Below, one piece after another: positions 1-11,300 of a DNA stretch of 32,000 bases. Each line of letters begins with the position of its first letter. Position 1 is the first letter of the stretch. The stretch comes from Wallemia ichthyophaga EXF-994 (Eukaryota > Fungi > Basidiomycota): assembly GCF_000400465.1 (NCBI RefSeq), contig NW_008806283.1:360001-392000 (forward strand), given 5' to 3'. The position numbers were made by a program, and so were the translations under genes. The notes below the pieces were generated by a model that saw only the letters and a list, made by a program, of their open reading frames with translations, searched no databases and was not told the origin of the DNA.

Positions 1-3000
1 TCAGAAAGCATAGGCGAGGCCAATCCAGAAGGAGACGCTCCACCAGATCCTCCTTGTCCTCTACCGCCCTTCTTAGTAAAAACGCTAGTAGGACCGAACT
101 GCGATGGTTGCTGTTGTGATTGTTGTCCGCTAGCACCGGCACCAGTACCAGTACCAGCGCCCGCAGCTCCACCCTTTGAGGAGAATTGTCCAAATTGGCT
201 GAGGTTTCCCGATGGTTGTGATGCCTTCTGTCCACCACTACCACCACCAGCAGCAGCACCACTGCCGATCGTGTTCCATCCATCTCCTCCTCCCTTCTCC
301 TCTTGCACTGGTGGTCCTCTTGGTTGACCTCTCCTCGATGGCCCGCGCGAGCTCTCTTGTCTCACTGGTCCACGGTTCGATGTGCCTCTGCTCAGTGCAA
401 TGTTGGCATCGGCTGCAGATTGCGCTCTCTGGTTCGCGGCATCCTTGTGGATCTGCGCAATAGACTTTGGTCCAGCGTCCTTATGTCTGGTTATCCAGTT
501 GTGTGTGCGCAATTCTATCACGTCGATCAACATGAAGCGCAATCTTGATGATGTGTTTTGATTTTCTACAATACCCTCCATACGTGAGAAGTACGCATCC
601 ATATTCTTCTTTGCTTCTGGCGTTTCTAACAACCCACCAACTGTCGTCATCAACTTGGCGAGCGATTCAATATCATCTTCTTCAACGTCTTCACCTTGCC
701 TAGTCAAGAGCTGCATAATACAAAGATGCATGACCTTTGATGTGAGCAGTGTGAGCTTGAAGAGTTCACCAATGAATCTAATCAATCCCAAACCTCTACG
801 CTTGGCCTTCTGAGCAGCGTAGTATTCATCAGAGAGTGTTTGAGCACTAGAACGTGTTAGCTTTGCTCATTATCTGTTGAAGCAAAAAAAAAACTCACTC
901 AGCCTTTGGTTGTCCACCCTTGGCAACATCAGCCTCGGCTTCCTCGTTAGCTTGAAGTTTAGCGTGGTCCTCAGCCATCTTCTCAGCAGCTGCTTTAGAT
1001 GCTGCCTCCTTGTCTGACCAGCCCTTCTCAAAGTCTTCTTGACATCTCGTCAACAAGTACTTTCTGAATAAGCGACCACCTGTCGTTGTACTTGGCTGAT
1101 CCTTATCTGAGATATGCTCCGACAACTGATCGTACATCTTGCGACAGAGTCTGGCGTACATCTCAGACCACACAGCCTCATCAGTTGCTTTTTCAAAGAC
1201 CAATCTAATAACCAGTCTAAGCGTCCTACCGTCATCTTCCGTCTCGGACTTGTTGGCGTATGCAATCAATTGGTTAGAGATTGAATCAAACTTCTCAATT
1301 GTAAGCTTGTTGAGCAAACCCTTAACCTTCTTTTCAATAAAGGCTGGGTCATTCTCATCAACGTTGAGGCCTGGTCTGACACCTTGTGATCTGTTCTTGA
1401 TAGCTTGAGGTGTCCATGCATTTTCACTCTTCTCAAGTGGTGCTACTGAACCGAGGGCATCGGCAAGTGGTGTAGATGACTGACCACCTCTGCCATCACG
1501 TTGCTTGCCACGCTGCGATCTATTCCTACCACCGCCAGAGGCCTCCCTGGCCATACCACGGTGAGATGAATTAGTTCTTGACATTGGCTGACCAGCAAAT
1601 GCACCAGCTGCCTGTGATCTAGCGAAACGCTCAGCGGAAGAAGTACCTCTGGATGAAACATCAGAGAATTGACCAAATCCTCCTTGCTTTCCGAATCCTG
1701 ATGAGCGTCCCATACCACCTCTGCTGCCTTGTCTGCCTGATGAAGATCTTCCACCGAATCCCATACCTTGGTCAGGTTCCAAACCAATCGCATCAAGTGA
1801 TGGCATACTAGCTGGCTTGTCTGTAAACACAGACATGAATTGCATCAAGAAGTCCCTGTCGTAGCGGAATTTTCCAGGACGTGCTTGCTTGTTAAGCTCT
1901 GCATTTGGAGACTTGATATCGCCAGGGTAGGAAACCTTGTTGAGGTCGTCTATTCTCCTAGCAGAGCCAAGTGCTTGTGAAGGTTTTTGAGAGGATTCTG
2001 CTTGTGGTTGGTCATCCTGAGCTGGAGAGGTATCAGTTTTTGGTAATTGCTTGTCGCTCTCGACAGCAGGGGTTGATACAGATTCTGTGGCAGGGGCAAT
2101 CTTGGAGATGAGTTCTTTCTGTTGTTCTTCCTTAGGGAAGTCTTTTTTGGCGTGATCGAGGGAGGTGGCTGGAGTGCTACCTTCAGTAGCCATCTTTTCT
2201 TCGGCAAGCATGTTGACTTGCTCCTTGGAGAGCTTTTCAGTGTTAGCCTCCTTGAGTGATGGCTTTGTAGCGGCTTCATCTGCCTTGCTCTTTTCTTCAG
2301 TTGCAGCTTTAGCCTTTGCAGCTTCATCAGCTTTAATTTTCTCTTCCTGCATCTTCTTTTCAGCAGCTTGGGCAGCCTCAGTGGCCTTCTTTTCGTCTTC
2401 TATCTTCTTAGCTTGCTCTTCGGCAGCCTTCTTGTCATCTTCGAGCTTCTTTTTCTCGTCATCGAGCTTCTTTTTCTCATCATCAAGCTTCTTCTTCTCA
2501 TCGGCAATCTTCTTCTCGTCATCCTTCTTCCTCTCAGCATCAAGGTTGGCCTCGTCAGCCAAACGCTTAGCTTTGGCTTCTTCAGACTCGAGTCTGATAG
2601 CAGTGCGTGGAGGAGGCTTTACGTAAGCTGAGGGCTCAGGGGCAGCAGCCTCAACTGAAGCTATCGAAGGAATAGACGAGCTCTGGCGCTGGTGCTTGAA
2701 GTTGCTCAGGTCAATTTTTTCACCTTGAGCATTAGAAATCTTTATAGCAGCGCTCTTCCTCTGCGGCATGGCGAAAGGAGCAGCAGAAGGAGACATAGAG
2801 GAGCCTGGTGGAGGGGAGGTGGCAGATTGTGGAGGGGAGAAGATTGGAGCGTTGGCTGAAGGAGTGAAAGGAGGCCTTGGAGAGGTGGTGGAGGAGGGAG
2901 CACGTGGAGTCGCTGGAATGGTTGGGGGGGAAGGACCATTCCTAGAGCCAGTAGAACCAGGCAGAGAGACTTGAGGAGCAGAAGGACTGGTTGGTGGCAA

Positions 3001-3745
3001 GTGCTGTGGAGGAGGATGTTGGGGTGGGTGCTGTGGAGGGTGTTGGGGGTGCTGTGGGTATTGAGCCCAGCCAGTGGGTTGCACTGGAGCAACGTAGTAG
3101 CCCTGCATGCTTGGATCGTAGTAGCCAGTGCCGTAAGCAGGCTGGAAGTAGGGTTGTGGATTGAGCTGCTGGTGGTGTGGCTGAGGACTGCGCTGGTTCT
3201 GGGGAGGTTTACCAACATTGCGTGGCTGGAAAGGCTGAGGTGGTCTATAGCTCTGTTGCTGTGGATTAAAGGGCTGTGCGTTCAACCTGAGGCTATCGGC
3301 CGAGTTACGGTGGCTGCCACCGTTTTGAGAAGGCTTTGATTGAGCAGCTGGGTGTTGTGGGGGTGGATGCTGCTGTGGTGTTTGCTGTGGTTGCTGCTGC
3401 TGCTGCTGCTGCTGCTGAGCCCCGCCGCCGCCAGTAAAGAAGGCGTGGGGATTAAATTCCTTCTTTGGCTTAGATTTTCCTTCTCCGGCTGTGAATTGTG
3501 TATAAGCATTGAATAGAGATATCTGGGCGAAACTCACCAGCTTTTGGCTGCGATGGAGCTGGTTGTGAGCTCTTATTGTCCACAGCCTCTTGGGACTGCG
3601 TGGGCTGGTTGGGCTGTGGAGCTGCCTGCGTCGTCTGCGTAGATCTCGGCTGCGTCGGTGGCTGCTTCTCAAACTGCCCCATCTCTCGTTGTTGCTGTTT
3701 AGCTTTGGCTGCAGCCGCATAATTAAACTTTGGCTGGTTCGACAT
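1..3745 (-). CDS. TIF4631: Eukaryotic translation initiation factor 4G (3' end runs off the window start)
   Basis: Exons 3745-3538, 3488-899 and 846-<1; introns 3537-3489 (GTGAGT..TTCACAG) and 898-847 (GTGAGT..GCTAAC..CTAG). The eIF4E-binding motif YxxxxL-phi (YDRDFLM) lies at 1863-1843. MIF4G domain motifs: VKGLLNKLTIEKFDSI, FEKATDEAVWSEMYARLC, and after splicing KAKRRGLGLIRFIGELFK and SSRLRFMLIDVIELR. Q/P-rich N-terminus. Confidence 0.96.
2441..2524 (-). repeat. Coding tandem repeat, about 4 x 21 nt, encoding DDEKKK(L/I) heptads in eIF4G
   Basis: Units tcgagcttctttttctcgtca / tcgagcttctttttctcatca / tcaagcttcttcttctcatcg / gcaatcttcttctcgtcatcc; protein KDDEKKIADEKKKLDDEKKKLDDEKKKLE. Confidence 0.85.
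3392..3417 (-). repeat. (CAG)8 microsatellite encoding the polyQ tract of eIF4G
   Basis: (tgc)8tg on the + strand; translates as part of AQQQQQQQQQP. Confidence 0.9.
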
Positions 3746-3837
3746 AGCTAAACCTTTTTAAAACTTTAATTTACAACTCTTGGTCGTTTTGGTTAGATTC
3801 ACTGCCTTTTGCTGATTATAAATAAAAAATTCAACAA
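3746..3837. promoter_or_regulatory. 92-bp AT-rich head-to-head intergenic region between eIF4G and the COG1-like gene
   Basis: ATGs at 3745 (-) and 3838 (+); contains TATAAATA near 3817. Confidence 0.6.
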
Positions 3838-6018
3838 ATGAGCGAGTGGGGCGTTATTGACCAGGAGATCGACAAGCGTGGCCTTATAGTCCAAGCTATC
3901 CTCGGCGATCGCTGTAAGCACGTTCTCGGCGTGAGCAAATCCTTGGTTGAGCTCGATAGAGGGCTTCACCGCGCACAACGCGTCATTGATAGCATCAGAA
4001 GTGTGGATTGTAGTGTTAGACCTCGCACACCCCCTCCATCCACCTCTATCGATCCAATTCCAGCTCTGGTTAAGCTTGTTCACGATTCAACCGAGAATAT
4101 CTGGCGATTTATGGAAAATGATCAGCATCTGCACTCCGCTTGGTTGTATTCTCTGGCTAGAATCACTCATATACAATTATCTACAAATTATCCCGAAACT
4201 CTCAATCAACTCGTCATTCTCAAGTCTCAGTATGAATCTACGGTACAACTGAAGCAGCAGATAGTTTTAAAGGGCGTCATATCTCTTATTAAGCAGTCTA
4301 TTAGTTATCAAGATGCTTTGAGAACTCTCACCGGCCTCATCCTCCTCGACAGCCCAACGTATAATCAATCTTTAGATAGGCTACTACAACAGCGTTCAGT
4401 CGCGCTCAATCACATACAGAACAACCTTTCACCGGTAACAGTCATCAGCCAATCACTTCAACTTATCAATGAGTCCCATGACTTGGTTTATAATCTCTAC
4501 ATTGAGGAAGGTTTGAGCAATTTCATACACCAATGCAGTGAAAATACTGCCGATATTACCACAAAGAGTCTTATCGATCAACTGTCTGGCTCAGAGATTA
4601 TCACTCACAGAATACCCAACCAGCTACTCAACTACACACCTTACTTTGCTCCACTTGAAAAATTATCAACAGAATTCATCACAGGCAGTCTTTCAAAATG
4701 GACAGATTTCAGCTTAGGCAGTTTAAGGACGGTTTTAGATCCTCACTCTGGTCTTTTGTCTACTGTCAAGAGCATTCCAGACCTATGTCCACTTCGAGCA
4801 ATCGTTGAGATTACCAACATTCCCACTGTAAAAGACTTTTTCGTTGGTTTGCTGGAAGAACGCTGTCAAATTCTTTGGATAGACCTGCACAGCAATTTCT
4901 TAGAAACAACCTTAACAAAGATAAACAAGGCGATCAACACAGTCACCCATATACCCAATTCCAAGAACGACCCGATCACAAATCTACTGTCACCGCTTCC
5001 CAACGATATCAATATCGCGACATTCACAACGAAACGGATCTCAATAGTCAGTGACATTTTACAAATCATCAGTAATCAAGCAGCGACAATCCACCATCAG
5101 GTGGTAGACTTTGTTGTAGCTCCCGACACTACTCTTCAATCGGAAGGATTGTTGGGAGTCTATAGAGAGCATGCCAAGGCCATGTTGGATGGCTTTGTTG
5201 AGAGATTGACCAACACGTTTGACACACTAGTATCAAACGAGCACCAGACACAGCGCAAACGGCAGCTGATGGTATTGCGACAACTACTTGACTCATTATC
5301 TGAGGAAGAAGGGATAGCCAAGAACATAACTCTTAGCGATACGCTGCAAGTGAATTACGATAATCTCATACATAAAGTGACAAAAAAGTGGGCTGCGGAT
5401 GTCGTTGATGAGCACCTCAAAGCTGACACTTTTAAATGGACCGAATGTGAATTGGATGGGGATGAATCGAGGTGGGAGACGCTACATGTTGGCGAAGAAG
5501 ATACGAAGATGTTTAAAATACCAAAGGGGCCGTCGTCGGAGCTTTTTGAGCTGCTTTATACCATTGCACATGACGTTTCTAATATCTCGCTACACGTGCG
5601 TGACAAACGGAGCATTTTATATCAAGTGCTTTCCAACTTGTCTCAAAGAACGTCGACTATTTTCAATCAACAGGAGCATGATGGTCGGGCTAACGCACGG
5701 AAAGCATTCGATGTCGCTTTCTTGGCCGTCTTGTGCGGGTACAGTGGAGTAGAGGTGGACGTGAGAGTGGAGGAAGAAGAAAGAGCTGCGATGTTGGATG
5801 CAGCTACCAATTCACTCAAGAAGTTTCAGTTGATGCTGGGTGCGCTTATCGATGCGCCTGAAAAGCCATCTCTAGATAGTTCAGGTGGTGCAAGTGGTGT
5901 TGGCAGCAAGCCCAACCCGCTGCTGAGATTGGGACCACCGGAGATGAAGGTTGATCTCAATTCAATGATTGTGCCGACTGTAGATCTCAAGCCTAGGATC
6001 AACTTGCTGGCTTTATAA
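3838..6018 (+). CDS. COG1: Conserved oligomeric Golgi complex subunit 1 (Vps51/Vps67-type N-terminus), intronless, 726 aa
   Basis: Single long ORF. The N-terminus IDKRGLIVQAILGDRCKHVLGVS resembles the Vps51 motif K-EELR-MVGERYRDLL. IWRFME..HLHSAWLYSLARITH resembles COG1 IW..LE...L.AA.L..L.R..H. Predicted all-helical. Divergent, so the assignment rests on recalled motifs. Confidence 0.65.
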   Translation: MSEWGVIDQEIDKRGLIVQAILGDRCKHVLGVSKSLVELDRGLHRAQRVIDSIRSVDCSVRPRTPPPSTSIDPIPALVKLVHDSTENIWRFMENDQHLHSAWLYSLARITHIQLSTNYPETLNQLVILKSQYESTVQLKQQIVLKGVISLIKQSISYQDALRTLTGLILLDSPTYNQSLDRLLQQRSVALNHIQNNLSPVTVISQSLQLINESHDLVYNLYIEEGLSNFIHQCSENTADITTKSLIDQLSGSEIITHRIPNQLLNYTPYFAPLEKLSTEFITGSLSKWTDFSLGSLRTVLDPHSGLLSTVKSIPDLCPLRAIVEITNIPTVKDFFVGLLEERCQILWIDLHSNFLETTLTKINKAINTVTHIPNSKNDPITNLLSPLPNDINIATFTTKRISIVSDILQIISNQAATIHHQVVDFVVAPDTTLQSEGLLGVYREHAKAMLDGFVERLTNTFDTLVSNEHQTQRKRQLMVLRQLLDSLSEEEGIAKNITLSDTLQVNYDNLIHKVTKKWAADVVDEHLKADTFKWTECELDGDESRWETLHVGEEDTKMFKIPKGPSSELFELLYTIAHDVSNISLHVRDKRSILYQVLSNLSQRTSTIFNQQEHDGRANARKAFDVAFLAVLCGYSGVEVDVRVEEEERAAMLDAATNSLKKFQLMLGALIDAPEKPSLDSSGGASGVGSKPNPLLRLGPPEMKVDLNSMIVPTVDLKPRINLLAL

Positions 6019-6072
6019 TGCAATGTATGTACGTGTGTCTAAGATATGTGAAGATTTTCATGGAGCTGTGAG

Positions 6073-6098
6073 ATGCGAAATGCGAAATGCGAAATGCG
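6073..6098 (+). repeat. Heptamer tandem repeat (ATGCGAA) x3.7 in the COG1-kinase intergenic region
   Basis: atgcgaa atgcgaa atgcgaa atgcg, read directly from the sequence. Confidence 0.85.
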
Positions 6099-6499
6099 TG
6101 TGGGAGTAAGAACCAAAAACAAAACCAAGCTCCAAACGCTCACACTAACGAACTCAAGGCATATGCGAGATAAGCAGTATGACGTTAAAATTATATCATG
6201 AAGAATTCGGGAAGGGAGGGTCAGCAGGAACACACGCCCAATGTAAGTTCACTTAAAACCTAGGATACGATATGAAAGAAAGTAAAAAAAATTCCATGAT
6301 GTCACCAACCACCATTGTAACTCCACCTCGCCAGAGGGATTTCTTGTTATAAACGCTCAAGAGACAAGTATAGATAAATGTGGGAAATGGCTATTAGATT
6401 TGAAGCCTTGATGCTCATAGATTATATTCAGGTCAGGTGCTATACAAGTATTTAGAAGTTGGTAGAAGTCACTTGCAAGGTTCAAATGCTGATACATAG

Positions 6500-8267
6500 A
6501 ACCAGATTTGATACGACACGGACGCAATGAGCGTGATAAGCATCACAAGGACACGCATTTCGAGTCTGATGAACCGGAATCACCTCCTCAAGAGCAGCAG
6601 CCCCAACGATCACATAAAGACCCCATGAACGATATGCTCTCACACGTACCAAAACGTATGAATCAAAACAACGCATACGAAGAAGAGCAGAGGAAGCATG
6701 CTCATGCTCAGCAACAGAAGGAGCAGCGTGAGAAGAATAGGGCTGAAGAATACGCACGTGAAGCTGAAATGATCGTGGAGCAAGAAAGGAGGGAGAGATC
6801 TAAGATGGTATGCTGGCGTGCTATATAGCTACAAGCGACCCCACTCACACTCCCCCACAGCCTTCTTATCCTGGTTTAGAGCAGTATGAGATTATCGACA
6901 AAATGGGTGACGGTGCATTCTCAAACGTATACAAGGCTTTGGACACAAAGAATCATCAGAAGGTCGCTATCAAGGTCGTTAGAAAGTACGAGCTCTCCAG
7001 TCATCAACGCTCAAACATTCTTAAAGAAGTTCAAATTATGAGAGCTGTGAGGCATGAAAACATTATCAAGCTTCTCACTTTCATCGACTCAAAAGAGTAT
7101 TATCACTTGGTGTTAGAACTTTCTGAAGGCGGTGAACTGTTTCATCAGATCGTTAAACTCACATACTTTAGTGAGGAATTGGCTAGACATGTCATCACTC
7201 AGGTTGCTGATGGCATTAGATACCTTCACAATGAAGCTGGTGTCGTTCATCGTGATATTAAACCTGAAAATATTCTTTTTGATAGGATTGAAATTTTTCC
7301 TTCAAAAACACCTCAAAAGAAGCCTTTCGATGAGGATAAGATGGATGAAGGTGAATTTAAACCAGGCATTGGTGGTGGTGAAATCGGTAAAGTAAAAATT
7401 GCAGACTTTGGTTTATCCAAGGTTGTTTGGGATCAGCAAACTATGACACCGTGTGGAACTGTTGGTTACACTGCACCTGAGATTGTAAAGGATGAGAGAT
7501 ACTCACAATCTGTGGATATGTGGGCACTTGGATGTGTTTTATACACCATATTATGTGGATTCCCACCATTCTACGATGAGTCTATACAGGTCTTGACAGA
7601 GAAAGTTGCTAGAGCGCAATTCACATTCCTTAGTCCATGGTGGGATGGAATATCTGACTCTTCAAAGGATTTGATATCTCACTTGCTCTGTGTAGATCCA
7701 AGGAAGCGTTACGATATTAATGACTTCTTTGCACACCCATGGATGCAAGGTAGTTCGACTGGTAGAGCTGAAGAAAAGAGACCACCACCAACGCCACTTG
7801 ATTCACCAATGTTTAGTGCAATGGGAGGCAACAGAAAGGCAATGCCATCTCCTGGTGTTGCGCAACTGAAGGAAGCATTCGATGTGACATATGCGGTACA
7901 CAGAGCCGAAGAAGAAGGACGTCGCAAAGGCAAACCAAGCGGAGGCGGTGGGTTCCTTGGCAGCCTGAATGAAGAAGAGGAAGAAGATGAAAGTCAGCAA
8001 ATGTCAGGACATATGTCAAATCACCGTAAAGTAGCGGCTGTAAATGCAGCTAGACAGAAGGAAGCTATTAAGAAGACGCAAAGTAAGGAGCAAGAGAGGG
8101 AGAAGAAGCACACAGAAAAGTTGGGCGATGGAAGGGCAGGACCACGCGACAGACAGCCAAGGAAGACATTTGACTTGGATTTGAGTGCAGCGACGCTGAT
8201 TGATAAGAGGAAGAAGAAAGGGGCTGTAGAACCAGCTGTAGAGGCATCGACAAAGCCACGGGAATAA
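6500..8267 (+). CDS. RCK2: CAMK-family MAPK-activated protein kinase, Rck2/Srk1 (Hrk1) type; true start codon lies in unresolved upstream exon(s)
   Basis: Exon from acceptor CATAG|6500 to 6807, intron 6808-6860 (GTATGC..CACAG), exon 6861-8267. Motifs: LIRHG N-terminal motif, KMPSYPGLEQYEIIDKMGDGAFSNVYKA, VAIKVVRK, HRDIKPENILF, family insert ending GIGGGEIGKVKIADFGLSK, TPCGTVGYTAPE, C-terminal FDLDLSAATLIDKRKKK. Confidence 0.93.
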
Positions 8268-8357
8268 GAAATGTATACCTGAAAGAATATTGTTTTAAGT
8301 AAATTTATATGTTGTCATGACTGAATCATTTCTCGAGTCGACGTCCATCAAACGCCA

Positions 8358-11300
8358 ATGTTCAAAGTGCGTTGGAATCGCAAGAAATCTGACCAAAAGA
8401 CACCGAGCTCACCAATAACACCATTACATCCCCTTAATGATAATTTAGAGTCACCTGCTCGCCAGAGCCTCTCTGATGGTGGTCTCCAACCAGTACCGCT
8501 TAATCATCCATCACCGAATTTCGTCAGTCCAATTAGTCCATCTGCGAATGCGATATTAGCTGATCAAGAGGATAAATATGACAATTGCCCTGTTTGCTTG
8601 GAGCCGCTTTCATTCTCGTTTAGACTTCCTGGTGAGTGATATCGTTGGGGATTCAATATCAAATTTAATTCAACGGCACAGGCGAGAAACCGCACATTGT
8701 ACCACTCTGTGGACACGCTTTACACGATCAGTGCTTCACCCAGGTCTATGGTCCTCTTCCTTCTGCTAAAATGCCTTCCAAGAGTCTGGGTGTGTGTGGA
8801 ATCTGCAGGAAGCCCATGAAACTATCTGATGACGCTGATGTACAATCCAATAAGAAAACGTCAAAAATCAATAAACTCGATAAACTCGCTGGGATCGCTT
8901 CTCCGCCGCTTGGACGCGATTTACAAACATCGCATTCCTCAAATAGCTTAAATAATCAATACGCGTCTTACACCTCTCAAGCCTCTTACGCGTCTTATCA
9001 AAAGAATAGCGCTGGTAGCGGTGGTAACTTTCAGTCTTCTCCATCAGATTCCCCTTCAGATCCACTAGATAGCTCCGCTGATGACGCTATACCAGCAGCA
9101 ACTACAAACAGCTCAAACACTTCAATATCAAATAACTCAAAGTCGTCTTACAACGAACTAGTCTCACCTAATATATCTATAAGGACGGAATTTAACGCTG
9201 CTATCCGACCACATATAGATCAAAAATCCGCCATTACCGCTATCGTTACAGTCGGTATTCCTTCAAGGCACTCTGACTCTGACCACGTTAAGAATTCGAA
9301 TCACCCTTCCTTAGTTAGATACCAAGAGCGTCATCATGCCTTATACGATAATGAGACATTTGCACCTTTAAACAGATCTGAAAGTAGAACTTCGGGGGAC
9401 AACACTTCTATTAGCTCATCTTCAAACTTTTCTACACAGGCGCAACCCGCTCAACCCACTCAACCCCAACAGACTAATTCAAAACCACTGAAGTCTGTTG
9501 CTTCAGATTTATATGCTAGGATACTCGATTGGAAGGGCAACAACCCCCACAGCTTCGGATCACTCTTGTTGTACTCACTTTGTCTGACTATACGGAGGTC
9601 GACGCAATCACAGACTGCGCAAGTTTTCTTGTTTGAAAACGCCCTGATTTGTGTCTCAGAGGACAGAAAAAGCGCACCCTTGAAAGATGGCAACAAGTCA
9701 CTCAAATTAAAAGGAAAAATTTATATATCGAATATAAGAAGGTGAGTCATGTTTCACCCTTTTTGAAGCCACACTGACAATCACACAGAGTTGTCTCAAT
9801 TGGTGATACAGGTCTCGTTTTGGAAACAGAAGCTGAAGATTTTCGTGACTTGACACTCATGTTCATTATGCGTGATGAGCGTGAACAGTGGAAATCTCAG
9901 TTCGATAAATTGATCTTTTCATCTGTCAACGTCCACCATCAATCGCAACCAGAACAGCAACCAGATTCACCTCAAATGTCTTTGCGTGATAGGGTTGAAA
10001 ACGATCGATCCGGTCGGCTTCTGTCACCGCAGACTGGCCCAAACCGTCAATCAATACAATCACCACACCAAACCAGTATGACTTCACCATCTTCATTCGG
10101 AGGTGTACCAATATCCCCAATGTCACTTCCTCACTCACCAAGGTCCACTCAGGCTAGCTCGATTGCGACATCAGGTGTATCTTCTAATCCATCAGACGTC
10201 TCGACATCAGCATTTGGAATGTCCTATGCGGCACCTGGCGATAACAAGGGTAGAGACTCGTTCAGATCATCGTTTCAGTTTACCGGCAATCCTCCAATTT
10301 TCAATGAGCAGAATTTAGCACCGCTCTCGCCACACGACGGTACGCTGTATCCCCATGCGCCAGCTGACATTGTGCTCATTTTGCCACTCCCTACATCTCA
10401 ACATGGCAGCCCAACACTCAAACTCAGGTTCTTAAAATCATCGTTGGAGTTTGTGATTAACAAGCTTGGTCATCGAGACAGAATTTGCGTTGTTACATTC
10501 AAGTCCATTCAGGGCGGAGCGTTGCGCAGAACGCCATTCATATCACCATCCTCCGTCAGCGGTAAGCAGAAGCTAAGTAGATTTTTGGAGACATTCGGGA
10601 GCAACTGGGAGGATTCAGTGTATGGGATAGACGGCGCAGTCGACCCATTCAAAGTCGGTACCAAAGATGACGAGAAAACAGATGTCGTGACGGCAATGAA
10701 CGCAGCCCTGGATGGAGTGTTGCAGAGAACAGCAAAAAATTCAGTCACAGGAATATTTCTCGTCAGCGATAATCAAGATCCAACGAGACGTGCGCAGATG
10801 GAATTGGTGTTGGCGCGCGCTGAAGCAGCCTCCGTACCAATACACACACTAGGTTGGAGTAGAGTGCACGATCCCTCTTCACTCTGGCTTCTCTCCTCAC
10901 ATACTGGTGGCACCTACACTTTCGTGAAGGAGTGGAACCAATTGAGGGACTGCATAGCTGGTGCTGTTGGTGGACTGTTCAGCGTTGCAGCCACAAACAT
11001 GAAGCTGCACATAAATGTCCTCGACTGGCCAATGATACGAGTGAGAAAGGTGTCACCATCTACATCAACCATAGTTTCCAACGAGGGTAATGAAGTACAT
11101 GTAGAGCTGGGTGAAATTCATTACGGTGAACAGAGAGAGTTGCTCGTCGAGATGGATCTCATCCACCCAATTAAAGCTACCATTGGCAGTTCGGGCCAAA
11201 ATACCAAACGGTTGTCGAGATACTCGGCGCAAGCCAACGTCAACTCAAATATTCAAGATGGATTGTCTGGTTTGAGTGTGGGTGAAACTATGTCAGACGC

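Noticed and set aside
2165-2631. Long S/F/A-rich antisense ORFs (153 aa and 87 aa)
   Set aside because: These are shadows of the E/K/A-rich repeat of eIF4G on the opposite strand, with no independent signals.
895-3720. ORF-track 941-aa protein starting MRLQPKL as the eIF4G product
   Set aside because: The real start is ATG 3745 in another frame, joined by intron 3537-3489. The apparent stop at 895 is inside intron 898-847.
6025-6043. GTATGT as a splice donor just after the COG1 stop
   Set aside because: No suitably spaced branch point and acceptor; TGTATGTA is more simply a 3'-end/UTR element.
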